NCBI RefSeq assembly: GCF_001194135.2
Contig: NC_068981.1
Location: 178,225,479-178,289,478, forward strand
Source of the DNA: Octopus bimaculoides
Taxonomy: Eukaryota
DNA length: 64,000 nucleotides
Reading direction: 5' to 3'
The notes beneath the pieces are model-generated. The model searched no databases and was not told the DNA's origin. It saw nothing but the letters and a program-made list of their open reading frames with translations. A program made the position numbers and the translations under genes. This document shows positions 63,765 through 64,000 of this stretch, one piece after another (the stretch's first letter is position 1; every line of letters begins with the position of its first letter).

Positions 63765-64000
63765 TCATCATCATCATCATCGTTTAACGTCCGCTTTCCA
63801 TGCTAGCATGGGTTGGACGACTTGACTGAGGACTGGTGAAACCGGATGGCAACACCAGGCTCCAATCTAAATTTGGCAGAGTTTCTACAGCTGGATGCCC
63901 TTCCTAACGCCAACCACTCAGAGAGTGTAGTAGGTGCTTTTACGTGTCACCTGCACGAAGGCCAGTCAGGCGATACTGGCAACGGCCACGCTCGAAATGG
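63765..64000 (-). mobile_element. Very young family C copy, cut by the window edge
   Basis: Reverse complement nearly identical to 30775-30945 and continues into at least one array unit. Confidence 0.9.

Noticed and set aside
1-64000. tRNA, rRNA or snRNA genes and Fanzor/TnpB-type ORFs
   Set aside because: All A/B-box sequences continue into SINE bodies rather than completing a cloverleaf, and no rRNA, snRNA or RuvC-like sequence was recognised.

Overview
AT-rich, repeat-saturated animal genomic DNA with 11 assembly gaps (about 3.9 kb of N). Judged from memory, not from a database search, the SINE families and (AT)n/(GT)n/(ATT)n/(GAT)n microsatellite load look like an Octopus-type cephalopod draft genome. 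No complete host gene and no confidently identifiable host coding exon is present; nearly all listed ORFs are microsatellite or N artefacts. CpG is visibly depleted over about 1-52 kb outside young repeats and retained over about 52.5-62 kb. The + strand is A-rich, and several strong minus-strand splice donors lie at 56-59.5 kb. Together these suggest (inference) the promoter, 5' exons and very large first intron(s) of a minus-strand gene. Recognisable protein-coding remnants are all transposon-derived: an uninterrupted R4/Dong-like restriction-like endonuclease C-terminus, a HERO-like RLE C-terminus, two inverted L2/CR1-group ORF2 fragments and a pogo/Tigger DDE fossil. There are also many modular tRNA-derived SINEs and Tc1/mariner, hAT and piggyBac-like MITEs. 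The most unusual items are a six-unit ~65-bp structured array inside a young retroposon, a perfect 60-bp inverted repeat, a non-coding element flanked by (ATT)n at both copies, and several hairpins and inverted repeat pairs that could be A-to-I editing substrates. SINE family letters A-G are my own labels, and repeat boundaries are approximate unless stated.
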